A stretch of 64,000 bases of DNA from Malacoraja senta (Eukaryota): assembly GCA_038087875.1 (NCBI GenBank), contig JAXLNO010003629.1, forward strand, positions 62,001-126,000, given 5' to 3'. Shown here piece by piece: positions 13,551-25,800 of this stretch (positions are counted from its first letter, which is position 1; every line of letters starts with the position of its first letter). The translations under genes were made by a program, and so were the position numbers. The notes beneath the pieces are model-generated. The model saw nothing but the letters and a program-made list of their open reading frames with translations, did not search any database and was not told the origin of the DNA.

Positions 13551-14088
13551 GGACTATGGAAGGACATTATAGCCATAGAGGGAGTGCAGAGAAGGTTCAC
13601 CAGACTGATTCCTGGGATGTCAGGACTTTCATATGAAGAAAGACTGGATAGACTTGGCTTATACTCGCTAGAATTTAGGAGATTGAGAGGGGAACTTATA
13701 GAAACGTACAAAATTCTTATGGGGTTGGACAGGCTAGATGCAGGAAGATTGTTCCCGATGTTGGGGAAGTCCAGGACAAGGGGTCACAGCTTAAGGATAA
13801 GGGGGAAATCCTTTAAGACCGAGATGAGGAAAAACTTTTTCACACAGAGAGTGGTGAATCTCTGGAACTCTCTGCCACAGAGGGTAGTTGAGGCCAGTTC
13901 ATTGGCTATATTTAAGAGGGAGTTAGATGTGGCCCTTGTGGCTAAAGGGATCAGGGGGTATGGAGAGAAGGCAGGTACGGGATACTGAGTTGGATGATCA
14001 GCCATGATCATATTGAATGGCGGTGCAGGCTCGAAGGGCCGAATGGCCTACTCCTGCACCTATTTTCTATGTCTCTATGTATCTATAA
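13551..14088 (+). mobile_element. Young CR1 family A 3' fragment, left-arm specific, TSD CTATAA
   Basis: CTATAA at 13545-13550 and 14083-14088; the empty site gactataaactcaac is present (as reverse complement) near 18875 in the other arm. Confidence 0.88.
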
Positions 14089-14369
14089 ACTCAACAGAAG
14101 TCAGAAGACGTGGAGAAAGTGGGAAGGTGGTGTTGAGACCAATATTGGATCAGCTGTATGAGCCTGAAAAATTGTGCTCCCTCAGACTTTATTCCTTGGA
14201 GTGCAGGAGGCTGAGATAGTTGAATTATTGAGGGGAATAGATAGACTGAATGAACAGAGCCTTTTACCCAGTGTGGGGGTATCAAGAACCAGAGTACACG
14301 GGTTTGAGGTGAGATGATAAGGTTTAATATGAACACGAAGGGCATCCTTTACATTCAAAGGATAAAGGA

Positions 14370-14990
14370 TTCAAACAAAAGGAGTTGAGTATAGAAGCAA
14401 AGAGGTCCTTCTGCAGTTGTACAGGGCCCTAGTGAGACCACACCTGGAGTATTGTGTGCAGTTTTGGTCTCCTAATTTGAGGAAGGACATTCTAGCTATT
14501 GAGGGAGTGCAGCGTAGGTTTACAAGGTTAATTCCCGGGATGACGGGACTGTCATATGCTGAGAGAATGGAGCGGCTGGGCTTGTATACTCTGGAGTTTA
14601 GAAGGATGAGAGGGAATCTTATTGAAACATATAATACTATTAAGGGTTTGGACACGCTAGAGGCAGGAAACATGTTCCTGATGTTGGGAGAATCCAGAAC
14701 CAAGGACCACAGTTTAAGAATAAGGGGCAAGCCATTTAGAACGGAGATGAGGAAAAACGTTTTCACACAGAGGGTTGTGAATATGTAGAATTCTCTGCCT
14801 CAGAGGGCGGTGGAGTCCGGTTCACTGGATGCTTTCAAGACAGAGCTAGATAGGGCTCTTGAAGATAGTAGAGTCAGGGCATATGGGGAGAAGGCAGGAA
14901 CAGGGTACTGATTGTGGATGATCAGCCATGATCACATTGAATGGCGGTGCTGGCTTGAAGGGCCGTATGGCCTACTCCTGCTCCTATTGT
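14370..14990 (+). mobile_element. CR1 3' fragment nested in an older CR1 relic (both arms)
   Basis: ORF 14417-14788 (LEYCVQFWSP); mirrored at 17978-18595. Confidence 0.85.
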
Positions 14991-17977
14991 CTATAAAGGG
15001 TAGTAGGTATATGTGATGAGCTGCCAGAGGAGGTAGTTGAAGCAAGTACTAACATTTCAATTAAAAGACACTTGAAATGGTTCATGGAAAGGAAAGGTTT
15101 AGAGGGATATGGTGCAAATGGAACTAAGTTTGATGAGGAAACTAGGTCAGCATGGACGTGTTGCAGCTGTTTCTGTGCTGTACAACTCTGTGGTTCCATG
15201 ACTCTGACTAAGTCCTGATAGCTGTATGAGAGCATCTTCACCAAAAGTATTGCAGAACTTCAAGAAGGCAGCTCACCACCATCTTCTCCAAGGTAGTTAG
15301 GGATGGATAATAAATATTGACTTTGATGCTGATATTAGTAAAAACTAATTGGAATAAATCTTCTCCTTTGCAATATACTGTAGATTATCTACCACAATTT
15401 ATCCCAATCACTGAAAAACACAGATACTTGAGCTTCTCTGTCTTTTAGTTACTATCCTTATAATAAATGCATCCTCAGCTCACACACATATGTTCTGTTC
15501 TCACGTATTTAAAACAAATTACACAATAGAATTACAAGGAATAACTTTTAAATGTAAAGGGTAAATAGAGAAGTTGTATCTGAACATAACATCAGCGTAA
15601 AAGAGGAAGGATCTGTGTTAGGCCCTGTTTACACTTCTGCTTGCACCACATAAGACAGTGTGTGGTACAATACAATACAATACCGTTTATTGTCATTTGA
15701 ACCTCACATGAAGTTCAAACGAAATTTGGTTTCTGCAGTCATACAAACAAGTAAAAAGAACCAAGACACAACACAATTTACACAAACATCCATCACAGTG
15801 AATCTCCTCCTCACTGTGATGGAAGGCAAAGTCTTATCTCTCCCCTGCACTCCCCATTCTCCTCCCGATGTCAAAGTCAAAGCCCCCGGCGGGCGATGGT
15901 AAATAAGTCCCGTGACTGAAATCCTAACGGGAATCCCAAAATTCCCGGCCGCTCCACACAGCAGCTGTCTCCGTTGCCTGAATCCCACATTCATAGAAAC
16001 ATAGAACATAGGTGCAAGACTAGGCCATTCGGCCCTTCGGCCCTTCGAGCCAGCACTGCCATTCAATATGATCATGGCTGGTCATCCAGGATCAGTACCC
16101 CGTTCCTGCTTTCTCCCCATACCCCTTGATTCCGTTAGCACTAAGAGCTAAATCTAACTCTCTCTTGAATTTTGTGATTCCCGTTAGGATTTCAGTCACA
16201 GAAGACAGTAGATGCCATTTTACTGGATGAATTTCAAAGAGAGTTAGATAGAGCTCTAGGGGCTAGCGGAATCAGGGGATATGGGGAGAAGGCAGGAAGA
16301 GGCTACTGATTCTGGATGATCAGCCATGATCATATTGCATGGTGGTGCTGGCTCGAAGGGCCAAATGGCCTACTCCTGCACCTATTGTCTAGGTTTCCCT
16401 GTTTCTAGGTCAGATGAGATATGGGAACATGAGGTTAGTCACAAGAGGGAGAGGAGAAATTTGGATAATTTTAAACTGAACAATTTCACTCTGAGGATTT
16501 TGACAAAAGTAAAGAAAAGGTTGAGATTGTTAGGAAGCTGGGTAGTGGGGATTTAAGAGAGATTCAGAAGAGGTTCTATTGACACTGCTCCCTTTACAAG
16601 TGTTGTGGAACCTCCAAAATTATAAAGTAGTTGTAAGTATTTGAATATTATTAATCCAGGTGTACTTGATTTTACTTGTGAAGCATTTCTTTACTCATTC
16701 AGTTATGCTCGACAATTTGAGCATCACTGTCAAGGTTAGTGGTTTCCCCCCATTGTTAATTGTACTCAAGACAGTGGTAGATTGCTTTCCTAAACCTTTC
16801 CGTTCCTTCCGGTGAAAGTACTCCCACAGTTATACTAGGTATGGAGTTGCAGCATTAAGAAGCAGTATCGATAAAGGAAAGGTGATTCATTTCTTGTTAT
16901 CATGGGGCGAGCAATTCCTGACATTACAAAACCTCTCCATCAGCGGCAAGGCCCAATTCAGGAGGGTGCAATGCCTTGATGAATGTTACTCCGGTGATAC
17001 TGAAGAAGCACAACATCATCCAGGACATAGCATGTCCCCATCTACTACTGTATGTCCCCATCTACAAGGTGTCTCAACGTTCATTGCCAAGGCTACTTCA
17101 ATAACACCTCTCATATCAGTGATCCCATCAACCAAGAAAGACAATGGCAACAGGCCCATGGGATCACCACATGCTGTGGGTGCCTCTCCAGTCATGACTT
17201 GGAAATCCATTGCTGTTCCTTCATTCCTATCAAGAGCACTGTGGGGACATCATTCACTGGCTACGTAAGGATGTTCACATCCTCATGGGCTAAAAATGGA
17301 AGCCTGAGCAGTGAGGCCCACATCCTAAACAAGTGTAAACATGGCCTAACACAGATCCTTCCTCTTTTACGCTGATGTTATCTTTAGATACAACTTCTCC
17401 ATTTACCCTTTACATTTAAAAGTAATTCCTTGTAATTCTATTTGTGTAATTTGTTTTAAATACGTGAGAACAGAACATATCTGTGTGTGCTGAGGATGCA
17501 TTTATTATAAGGATAGTAACTAAAAGACAGAGAAGCTCAAGTATCTGTGTTTGTCAGTGATTGGGATAAATTGTGGCAGATAATCTACAGTATGGTGCAA
17601 AGGTGAAGATTTATTCCAATTAGTTTTTACTAATATCAGCATCAAAGTCAATATTTATTATCCATCCCTAACTACCTTGGAGAAGATGGTGGTGAGCTGC
17701 CTTCTTGAAGTTCTGCAATACCTTTGGTGAAGATGCTCTCACACAGCTATTAGGACTTAGTCAGAGTCATGGACCCACAGAGTCGTACAGCACAGAAACA
17801 GCTGCAACTCGTCAATGCTGACCTAGTTGCTCATCAAACTTAGTTCCATTTGCCCCATATCCCTCTAAACCTTTCCTTTCCATGAACCTGTTCAAATGTC
17901 TTTTAATTGAAATGTTAGTACTTGCTTCAACTACCTCCTCTGGCAGCTCATCACATATACCTACTACCCTTTATAGA

Positions 17978-18595
17978 CAATAGGTGCAGGAGTAGGCCAT
18001 ACGGCCCTTTAAGCCAGCACCGCCATTCAATGTGATCATGGCTGATCATCCACAATCAGTACCCTGTTCCTGCCTTCTCCCCATATCCCCTGACTCTACT
18101 ATCTTCAAGAGCCCTATCTAGTTCTCTCTTGAAAGCATCTAGTGAACCGGCCTCCACAACCCTATGAGGCAGAGAATTCCGCATATTCGCAACCCTCTGT
18201 GTGAAAAGGTTTTTCCTCATACCGGTTCTAAATGGCTTACCCCCTATTCTTAAACTGTGGTCCCTGGTTCTGGACTCTCACAACATCAGAAACATGTTTC
18301 CTGCCTCTAGCGTGTCCAAACCCTTAATAATCTTATAGGTTTCAATAAGATAACCTCTCATCCTTCTGAACTCCAGAGTATACAAGCCCAGCCGCTCCAT
18401 TCTCTCAGCATATGACAGTCCCGTCATCCCGGGAATTAACCTTGTAAACCTACGCTGCACTCCCACAATAGCAAGAATGTCCATCCTCAAATTAGGGGAC
18501 CAAAACTGCACACAATATTCCAGGTATGGTCTCACTAGGGCCCTGTAAAACTGCAGAAGGACCTCTTTGCTCCTATACTCAACTCCTCTTGTTTG
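17978..18595 (-). mobile_element. CR1 3' fragment (mirror of 14370-14990)
   Basis: ORF 18278-18535. Confidence 0.85.
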
Positions 18596-20164
18596 AATCT
18601 TTTATCCTTTAAATGTAAAGGATGCCTTTGGGTTCATATTAAACCTTATCATCTCTTATCAAATCCGTGTCCTCTGGTTCTTGATACCCCCACACTGGGT
18701 AAAAGGCTCTGTTCATTCAGCCTATCTATTCCCCTCAATAATTCAACTATCTCAGCCTCCTGCACTCCAAGGAATAAAGTCTGAGGGAGCACAATTTTTC
18801 AGGCCCATACAGCTGATCCAATATTGGTCTCAACACTACCTTCCCACTTTCCCCACGTCTCCTGACTTCTGTTGAGTTTATAGTCAATCATCCTCTACCT
18901 TGAACATAGTCAATGTTTCAGCCTCTGCAGCTCCTTTGGGAAGATGACATAAAAAACTGTTGTGCCAGTCAGAGCAATATGGGATGACTTTGGTGTAATG
19001 ACAAAACTTTGTCCTCAATGAGAACTGTGGAATGGTCTTCTGATTTCTGCCAAAGCCATGGTCAGCAGATTCACCTGTTGCAGGTGGACAGGAGAGGAGG
19101 AGGTCAAGTAGGTCATTCCCTTATGTTGGCTCATTCTCTACCTGCTGTAGAAAGAGCCTGGCAGACACATCCTTCAGGGTTCGGCCATCTCAGTGAGTGG
19201 TCGTGTGACCAAGCCATTCCCAATGATGGATGCTGAGGTCCACACCCAGTGTACACTCTGTATTCTTGCTTCTTTTAATGTCATTTGAGATTTTACTCAG
19301 CTGACCAATAATGGTGGGCATTCATTAGGACAGTGAAAGCTTCCCATAGTGAAATCTGTGGGCTCCTTCCCATGAAGAGGCAAGTGAGGAAACAGTATGC
19401 TCTTTCTCCTTTCACCAGGGCCAATCCTCTCTCCGGGAATGGTTCAGTTTATCCTAATGGGTGCAATGGAATTGCCAGCATGTTTAATGAACACAACCCT
19501 CTATGGAGGTTTTTTCATCATGAAATGTCAGGACCTCCCTGGATTGCATGTACTCTCTCGTGGAACATCAGGCCCAGCAGGATGCAGCAAAGCACCTGGA
19601 GCTCTCCCATTTGAGATCCATTCGAAATGTTCAAAATCCCAAAGGTGCAAGTTCGATTCCAGATGGAATCTTTATTTGTTGTATAATTCTATATCTGAAC
19701 CCATTTGTAACAACACCAGTGATGCCGGAAACCTGAGCTGGAGGGGGAGTGTCATTTAGTTTGACAAGAGGCAGTGTCAGTTACTGTGCAGTGTGAGGGA
19801 ACCTCAGCTTGTCCTGTGCTGGGCTCAAAGCCACGTTGCTGCTTCTCCAGAATTCCACACAAGTTCCTCTGCAGAAGGTCAGTAAACTTCAGACATTATT
19901 CTTCATTGGTAATAGTGGATTAAATGAACGGGATTAAATGATTGAAATGTAGTTTGCAAAACTGATGTTCTTCTTCAAATGTTATTGTGAAATGTGTTCT
20001 CCTATTACAATGATGGTGTCTTCACTAAAAAGGGAACAAATGTCATTGTTTTTGCTACATCCGACTGATTAAAATCTAAAATAGCGGTGTTTCTCTTGAC
20101 TATTCAAATTCATTTTATTCTTTCCAATGAATAAAGCTAATGTTATTATTCTTTCAAATGATTC

Positions 20165-20935
20165 TATTTTTTTTCCAATGTTCAATAGATTCAGGATCAG
20201 TTCCTGTGGATTGGAGGGTAGCTAATGTTATCCCACTTTTTAAGAAAGGCGGGAGAGAGAAAACAGGGAATTATAGACCAGTTAGCCTGACATCGGTGGT
20301 GGGGAAGATGCTGGAGTCAATTATAAAAGATGAGATAGCCGCACATTTGGATAGCAGTAACAGGATCGGCCCAAGTCAGCATGGATTTACGAAAGGGAAA
20401 CCATGCTTGACTAAATCTTCTGGAATTCTTTGAGGATGTAATTAGGAAAATGGACAAGCGAGAGCCAGTGGATATAGTGTACCTGGACTTTCAGAAAGCA
20501 TTTGATAAGGTCCCACATAGGAGATTAGTGGGCAAAATTAGGGCACATGGTATTGGGGGTAGAGTGCTGACATGGATAGAGAATTGGTTGGCAAACAGGA
20601 AACAAAGAGTAGGGATTAGCGTGTCCCTTTCAGAATGGCACGTAGTGACTAATGGGGTACGGCAAGGCTCGGTGCTGGGACCGCAACTATTTACAATATA
20701 CATCAATGATTTGGATGAAGGGATTCAAAGTAACATTAGCAAATTTGCAGATGACACAAAGCTGGGTGTCAGTGTGAACTGTGAGGAGGATGCTATGAGA
20801 ATGCAGGGTGACTTGGACAGGTTGGGGGAGTGGAGAGATGTATGGCAGATGAAGTTTAAAGCGGATAAATGTGAGGTTATCCACTTTGGTATCAAAAACA
20901 GGAAGGCAGATTACTATCTAAATTGCGTCAAATTA
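20165..20935 (+). mobile_element. CR1 RT fragment (mirror of 11517-12275)
   Basis: ORFs 20140-20433 and 20450-20944. Confidence 0.9.
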
Positions 20936-21216
20936 ACCTTATAAACCTACGCTGCATTCCCTCAATAGCAAGAATGTCCTTCCTCAAATTAGGGGACCAA
21001 AACTGCACACAATACTCCAGGTGTGGTCTCACTAGGGCTCTGTACAACTGCAGAAGGATCTCTTGCTCCTATATTGAACTCCTCTTGTTATAAAGGCCAA
21101 CATGCCATTTGCTTTCTTCACTGCCTGCTGTACCTATATGCTTACTTTCATAGACTGAAGAACAAGGACCCCCAGATCCCGTTGTACTTCCCCTTTTCCC
21201 AACTTGACGCCATTTA

Positions 21217-23950
21217 ATAGACTCTAATAGACAACATATTTACAAACAGTATGGACAACAGCATAAAGAGTGGGTTACTACTAAATGACATCAGTGACCA
21301 TCTGCCGGTTTTTGTAATGTTTGTTTGTAATTATGTTAAGTGTAAGGATGTTAATAAGATTAGATACAGGAGAGTAAGAACAGAAGAATCTATAAATAAA
21401 TTTAGAAATGTATTACTGACCCAAAATTGGAAACAGGTGTTTAAAGAGACTGATACCAACAAAGCGTATGAAACATTCTTGATAATATTTAAATCATTAT
21501 ATGATGAACACTGTCCTTTGAAACAACACAACAAGAAGCAGAAATATATAGTTAGGCCATTGATGACAAAAGGACTACAAAATGCATGCAAAAAAAAGAA
21601 TAACTTGTATAAAGAATTCATAAAATTCAGAACTATAGAAGCAGAAAGTAAATACAAAATATATAAAAACAAATTGACTAGTATTATGAGGACATGTAAG
21701 AAAGATTATTATAATAAAATATTAAACGATAATAAAAATAATATTAAGGGCATATGGAATGTGTTAAATAATATTATCAGGAATGCATCAATGAATATAA
21801 ACTACCCTCAGTATTTTGAAGACAATGATACAACTGTAAGCGATATGAAATATGTGGTTAATGGGTTTAACAAATTTTGGCAGAAGAAATCGATAATCCA
21901 CAGTCAGAAGAAGGAGAGGGGAAGGTTGTGGATTTGTTAGACAGCAACCCAAACTCAATGTTTTTGAAAGCAGCTGATGAATAGGAGATTATTGACATTG
22001 TTAGTAATTGTAAGAATAAAAGGTTTACAGACTGGAATGACATTGATATGGCTTTAATCAACGTAGTCATTGGTGTAATTGTAAAACCCTTAACTTATAT
22101 TTGTAATTTATCTTTCAAAACTGGTGTATTCCATGTAAAATGAAAACTGCCAAAGTCATCCCACTATACAAAGCTGGAGACAGAAATCAATTTACAAATT
22201 ACAGGCCGGTGTCGTTACTCTCTCAGTTCTCAAAAATATTAGAAAAACTGTATGTAAGTAGATTAGATAACTTTATCGAGAAGCACGAATTGCTAGTTGA
22301 TAGTCAATATGGATTCAGGTCAAACAGATCGACATCCATGGCATTAATGGAGTTAATTGAAGACATTACCAGTTCTATAGATAACAAGAAATATGCAGTG
22401 GGTGTATTTATAGATTTGAAAAAAGCATTCGATACTATTGATCATCATTTGCTAATCAAAAAACTGGAAAAGTATGGAATCAGAGGGGTTGTACTAGAGT
22501 GGATGAGAAGCTACATAAGTAAAAGACATCAGTTTGTGCAAATAGGGGACTGCAAATCAACATGCTTAGAAATAACTTGTGGAGTCCCACAGGGGTCGGT
22601 TTTGGGCCCCAAATTATTTATTTTGTATATTAATGATATATGTAGGGTGTCAAACCTCTTGAAATTTGTGTTATTTGCAGATGACACTAATATTTTCTGT
22701 GATGGGGACAATTTGCAGCAGCTTTTGGAGGTGGTCACAGCAGAAATTAGTAAATTAAAAACATGGTTTGATTTGAATAAATTATCATTAAATTTAAACA
22801 AAACCAAACTTATGCTGTTTGGAAAACGCAAAATAAATACACATGTAAAAGTAATGATAAATAATGTTGAAATAGAAAGAGTGTATGAAAATAAATTTCT
22901 GGGTGTGATTCTTGATCACAAAATCTGCTGGAAACCCCATATAAAACATGTGAGAGCAAAAGTAGCACGGAGTATTGGAGTGATGGGGAAAGCAAGGCAT
23001 GTTTTGAATGAGAGAGCACTGTATATTCTGTACAGCTCACTTGTGTTACCGTATTTAAATTACTGTGTGGAAGTATGGGGCAACACCTACAAAACCACCT
23101 TACAATCACTAAGCACACTACAAAAAAGAGCTATTCGTATAGTAAACAATGTAGGATATCAAGAACACACCAATATACTGTATTTAAAATTACACACCTT
23201 AAAGATTAAGGATCTGGTAGAATTTAAAACTCCACAAATAATTTATAAAGCAAAAAATAAACTGCTACCTGTAAACATACAAAAACTGTTCAAAGACAGA
23301 GAGGGGGGTTATAACTTTAGAGGGAAACTAAACTTGAAACAGCATTATGCTCGGACCAATTTAAAAAGTATGTGTATTTCCATTTGGGGGGTGGTTTTGT
23401 GGAATGGTCTTGACGAAACGATTAAACAAAGTATGAATATAATGCAATTTTAAAAAATGTACAAAAGATATATCTTTGAAAAGTACAGTAATGAGGAAGG
23501 AGAATGTAAATCTCACAGATGTTAATGGTGCTTGTTCTTTTTGTTCTTTTCTTTTTTTATTCTTTTTTTCTTAATTGCTTGATTGGAGTAGTTTTATTTG
23601 AATTGTCTGTTTAGTTTATTTTATTGAATTTTGCATTTGTTAATGGTGAAGAATGGGGGTAGGCCTTGACAAGCATAGGCTTCTTCCTATCCCTTTTCCA
23701 ACGTGTCTAATGTGTATTATGTTGAAATTGGCTTTTGATTTTTTAATTGATGTATGTACATATATGTTATGTATATGTGTATGTATGTATATATGTACAT
23801 GTATATGTATGTATGTGTGTATGTATTTATGTATATATATATGTATATATATAATTTTCCTTTATTTACTATGCATTTTCATCTATTCTTTTCTTCTTTT
23901 TTTAATCGTTCGAAATAAAAAGATATCAAATCAAATCAAATCAAATCAAA
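21217..23950 (+). mobile_element. AT-rich L2-group (Crack/Daphne-like) LINE, 5'-truncated within the endonuclease
   Basis: SDHLPVF (APE end), NYRPVSLL, DLKKAFDTIDH, GVPQGSVLGP, FADD; 3' UTR stem ggggtagg...cctatcccc, AATAAA and (TCAAA)n tail; TSD ATTTA at 21212-21216 and 23951-23955. The clade name is inferred. Confidence 0.85.
23750..23850. repeat. (TATG/TA)n low-complexity microsatellite in the Crack-like 3' UTR
   Basis: Visible alternating TA/TG run. Confidence 0.85.
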
Positions 23951-25800
23951 ATTTAGAAAGTAATCTGCCTTGCTGTTTTTGCTACCAAAGTGGATAACCT
24001 CACATTTATCTGCATTAAACTTCATCTGCCATGCATCTGCCCACTCTCCCAACCTGTCCAAGTCACCCTGCATTCTCATAGCATCCTCCTCACAGTTCAC
24101 ACTGCCACCCAGCTTTGTGTCATTTGCAAATTTGCTAATGTTACTTTGAATCCCTTCATCCAAATCATTGATGTATATTGTAAATAGCTGCGGTCCCAGC
24201 ACCGACCCTTGCGGTACCCAACTAGTTACTGCCTGCCATTCTGAAAGGGACCCGTTCATCCCTACTCTTTGTTTCCTGTCTGCCAAACACTTCTCTATCC
24301 ATGTCAGCACTCTACCCCCAATGCCATGTGCCCTAATTGTGCCCACTAATCTCCTATGTGGGACCTTATCAAATGCTTTCTGAAAGTCCAGGCACACAAC
24401 ATCCACTGCCTCTCCCTTGTCCATTTTCCTAGTTACATCTTCAAAAAATTCCAGAATATTAGTCAAGCATGATTTTCCCTTCGTAAATCCATGCTGACTT
24501 GGACCGATCCTGTTAATGCTATCGAAATGTGCGGCTATTTCATCTTTCATAATTGACTCCAGCATCTTCCCCACCAACGATGTTTGGCTAACTGGTCTAT
24601 AATTCCCTGTTTTCTCTCACGCCTTTCTTAAAAAGTGGGATAACATTAGCTACCTTCCAATCCACAGGAACTGATCCTGAGTCTATAGAACATTGGAAAA
24701 TTACCACCAATGCATCCACGATTTCTAGAGCCATTTCCTTAAGTACCCTGGGATGCAGACCATCAGGCCCTGGGGATTTATCAGCCTTCAGTCCCATCCA
24801 TCTATCCAACACCATTTCCTGCCTAATGTGGATTTCCTTCAGTTCCTCCGTCACTCCAGATCCTCTGGCCACTACTATATCAGGAAGATTGTTTGTGTCC
24901 TCCTTAGTACCTGTTCAACTCATCTGCCATTTCCTTGTTCCCCATAATAAATTCACCTTTTTCAGTCTACAAGGCTCCAACTTTGGTCTTAACTAATTTT
25001 TTCCTCTTCACATACCTAAAGAAGCTTTTACTATCCTGCTTTATATTCTTGGCTAGCTTACCTTCGTACCTAATCTTTTCTCCCCATATTGTCTTTTTGG
25101 TTATCTTCTGTTGTTCTTTAAACATTACCCAATCCTCTTGCTTCCCGCTCATCTTTGCTACGTTGTACTTCTTCGCTTTAATTTTTATACTGTCCCTGAC
25201 GTCCCTTGTCAGCCATGGTTGTCCCTTTCTCCCCTTGGAATCTTTCTTCCTCCTAGGAATGAACTGATCCTGCACCTTCTGTATTATTCCTAGAAATACC
25301 TGCCATTTTTGTTCCACTGTCATCCCTACTAGTGTATCTTTCCAGTCAACTTTGGCCGGCTCCTCCTAGTCAGTTGAGCTAGTGTCCAAATATACACACA
25401 GATGCAGCAAAGAGTCATAGAGCTGTACAGCATGGAAATAGGCCCATTGGCCCAATGCATACATGCTGACCAAGTTGTGTATCTGAGCCAGTCCCAACTG
25501 CCTGCACCTAACCCATGTCCCTCCATACATTTCCTATCCATAATATTGTGGATAGACAGAAAGACTGAGAACTATAGGAATTGTGATTGATTCAGAAATA
25601 TTGATAAAGATATCTGCGTCTTTGTGCACTAATCACTGAAAGCAGACATGTGATGCAGCATGCAGTAAGTAGGCAAGTGATATTTGTTGGTCTTCTCTTC
25701 TGGAGTTTTTGAGCACAGTAACAAGATGTCTTGTTGCCATATTACAGGATATTCCTGAGACCACCCCTTGTGTGCTGTTTTGTTCTCCTTGCCCACTAAG

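Larger units (their letters stand above)
5515..15636 (-). repeat. Left arm of large inverted segmental duplication
   Basis: Reverse complement matches 17331-29065 collinearly, including non-repeat sequence and identical TE junctions (9371 vs 25800; 11516 vs 20935); the inner end is at ...gtttacactt 15636. Confidence 0.9.
20936..25365 (-). mobile_element. CR1 ORF2 fragment (mirror of 9790-11516), split by a Crack-like insertion
   Basis: ORFs 23936-24577, 24597-24872 and 24967-25323; the CR1 sequence resumes at 23951. Confidence 0.88.

Noticed and set aside
25640-25665. GCA|GTAAGT as donor of the gene's missing non-coding first exon
   Set aside because: An isolated donor-like hexamer with no supporting promoter or transcript evidence
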